Part shown: one piece after another, positions 34,558 to 34,607 of the stretch
Layout: every line of letters starts with the position of its first letter
How positions within the stretch are numbered: position 1 is the stretch's first letter
Assembly: GCF_001194135.2 (NCBI RefSeq)
Contig: NC_068982.1
Coordinates: forward strand, 66,160,711-66,195,317
Reading direction: 5' to 3'
DNA from: Octopus bimaculoides
Taxonomy: Eukaryota
Length of the DNA: 34,607 bases
The notes under the pieces: generated by a model
What the model saw: the letters and a program-made list of their open reading frames with translations, nothing else
The model's database searches: none
Told to the model about the DNA's origin: nothing
Position numbers and translations under genes: made by a program

Positions 34558-34605
<48 letters not shown>

Positions 34606-34607
34606 AT
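34556..34607. repeat. (TA)n microsatellite
   Basis: Read directly. Confidence 0.95.

Noticed and set aside
1364-34599. ORFs with YIYI, THTH or VCVC runs (1364, 4099, 4155, 16245, 16294, 32269-32516, 34204)
   Set aside because: Stop-free translations of dinucleotide microsatellites.

Overview
AT-rich eukaryotic genomic DNA, almost entirely intronic. The repeat families (RTE LINE tails ending CCATGCTAGCATGGAAAGCGGACGTTAAAC(GAT)n, two tRNA-derived SINE families, TTAA-flanked MITEs) look like those of an octopus/coleoid cephalopod (inference). The window holds the 5' end of a + strand gene best matching golgin A2/GM130 (GOLGA2). Coding exon 1 (556-618, MADVVSSTLSKKDKLAAARKK) is joined across a ~23 kb phase-0 intron to exon 2 (23680-23824, LKRFK...), which is broken by a 40-N gap. 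A probable 41-nt exon 3 (30693-30733) and a candidate 27-nt microexon (31926-31952) follow, and the gene runs off the right end. The supplied ORF track is essentially noise: intron read-through, microsatellites and antisense frames of dead transposons. The introns carry decayed RTE, CR1-like, Penelope-like and mariner elements. I see no convincing new multi-gene system. The most interesting signals are RNA-level: alternative splice sites and a microexon in GM130, SINE-donated cryptic exon cassettes, three intramolecular fold-back stems (including a mariner made of two 5' ends), and a near-complete hammerhead ribozyme core in intron 1. All coordinates were counted by eye, and the ends of old repeats are approximate.
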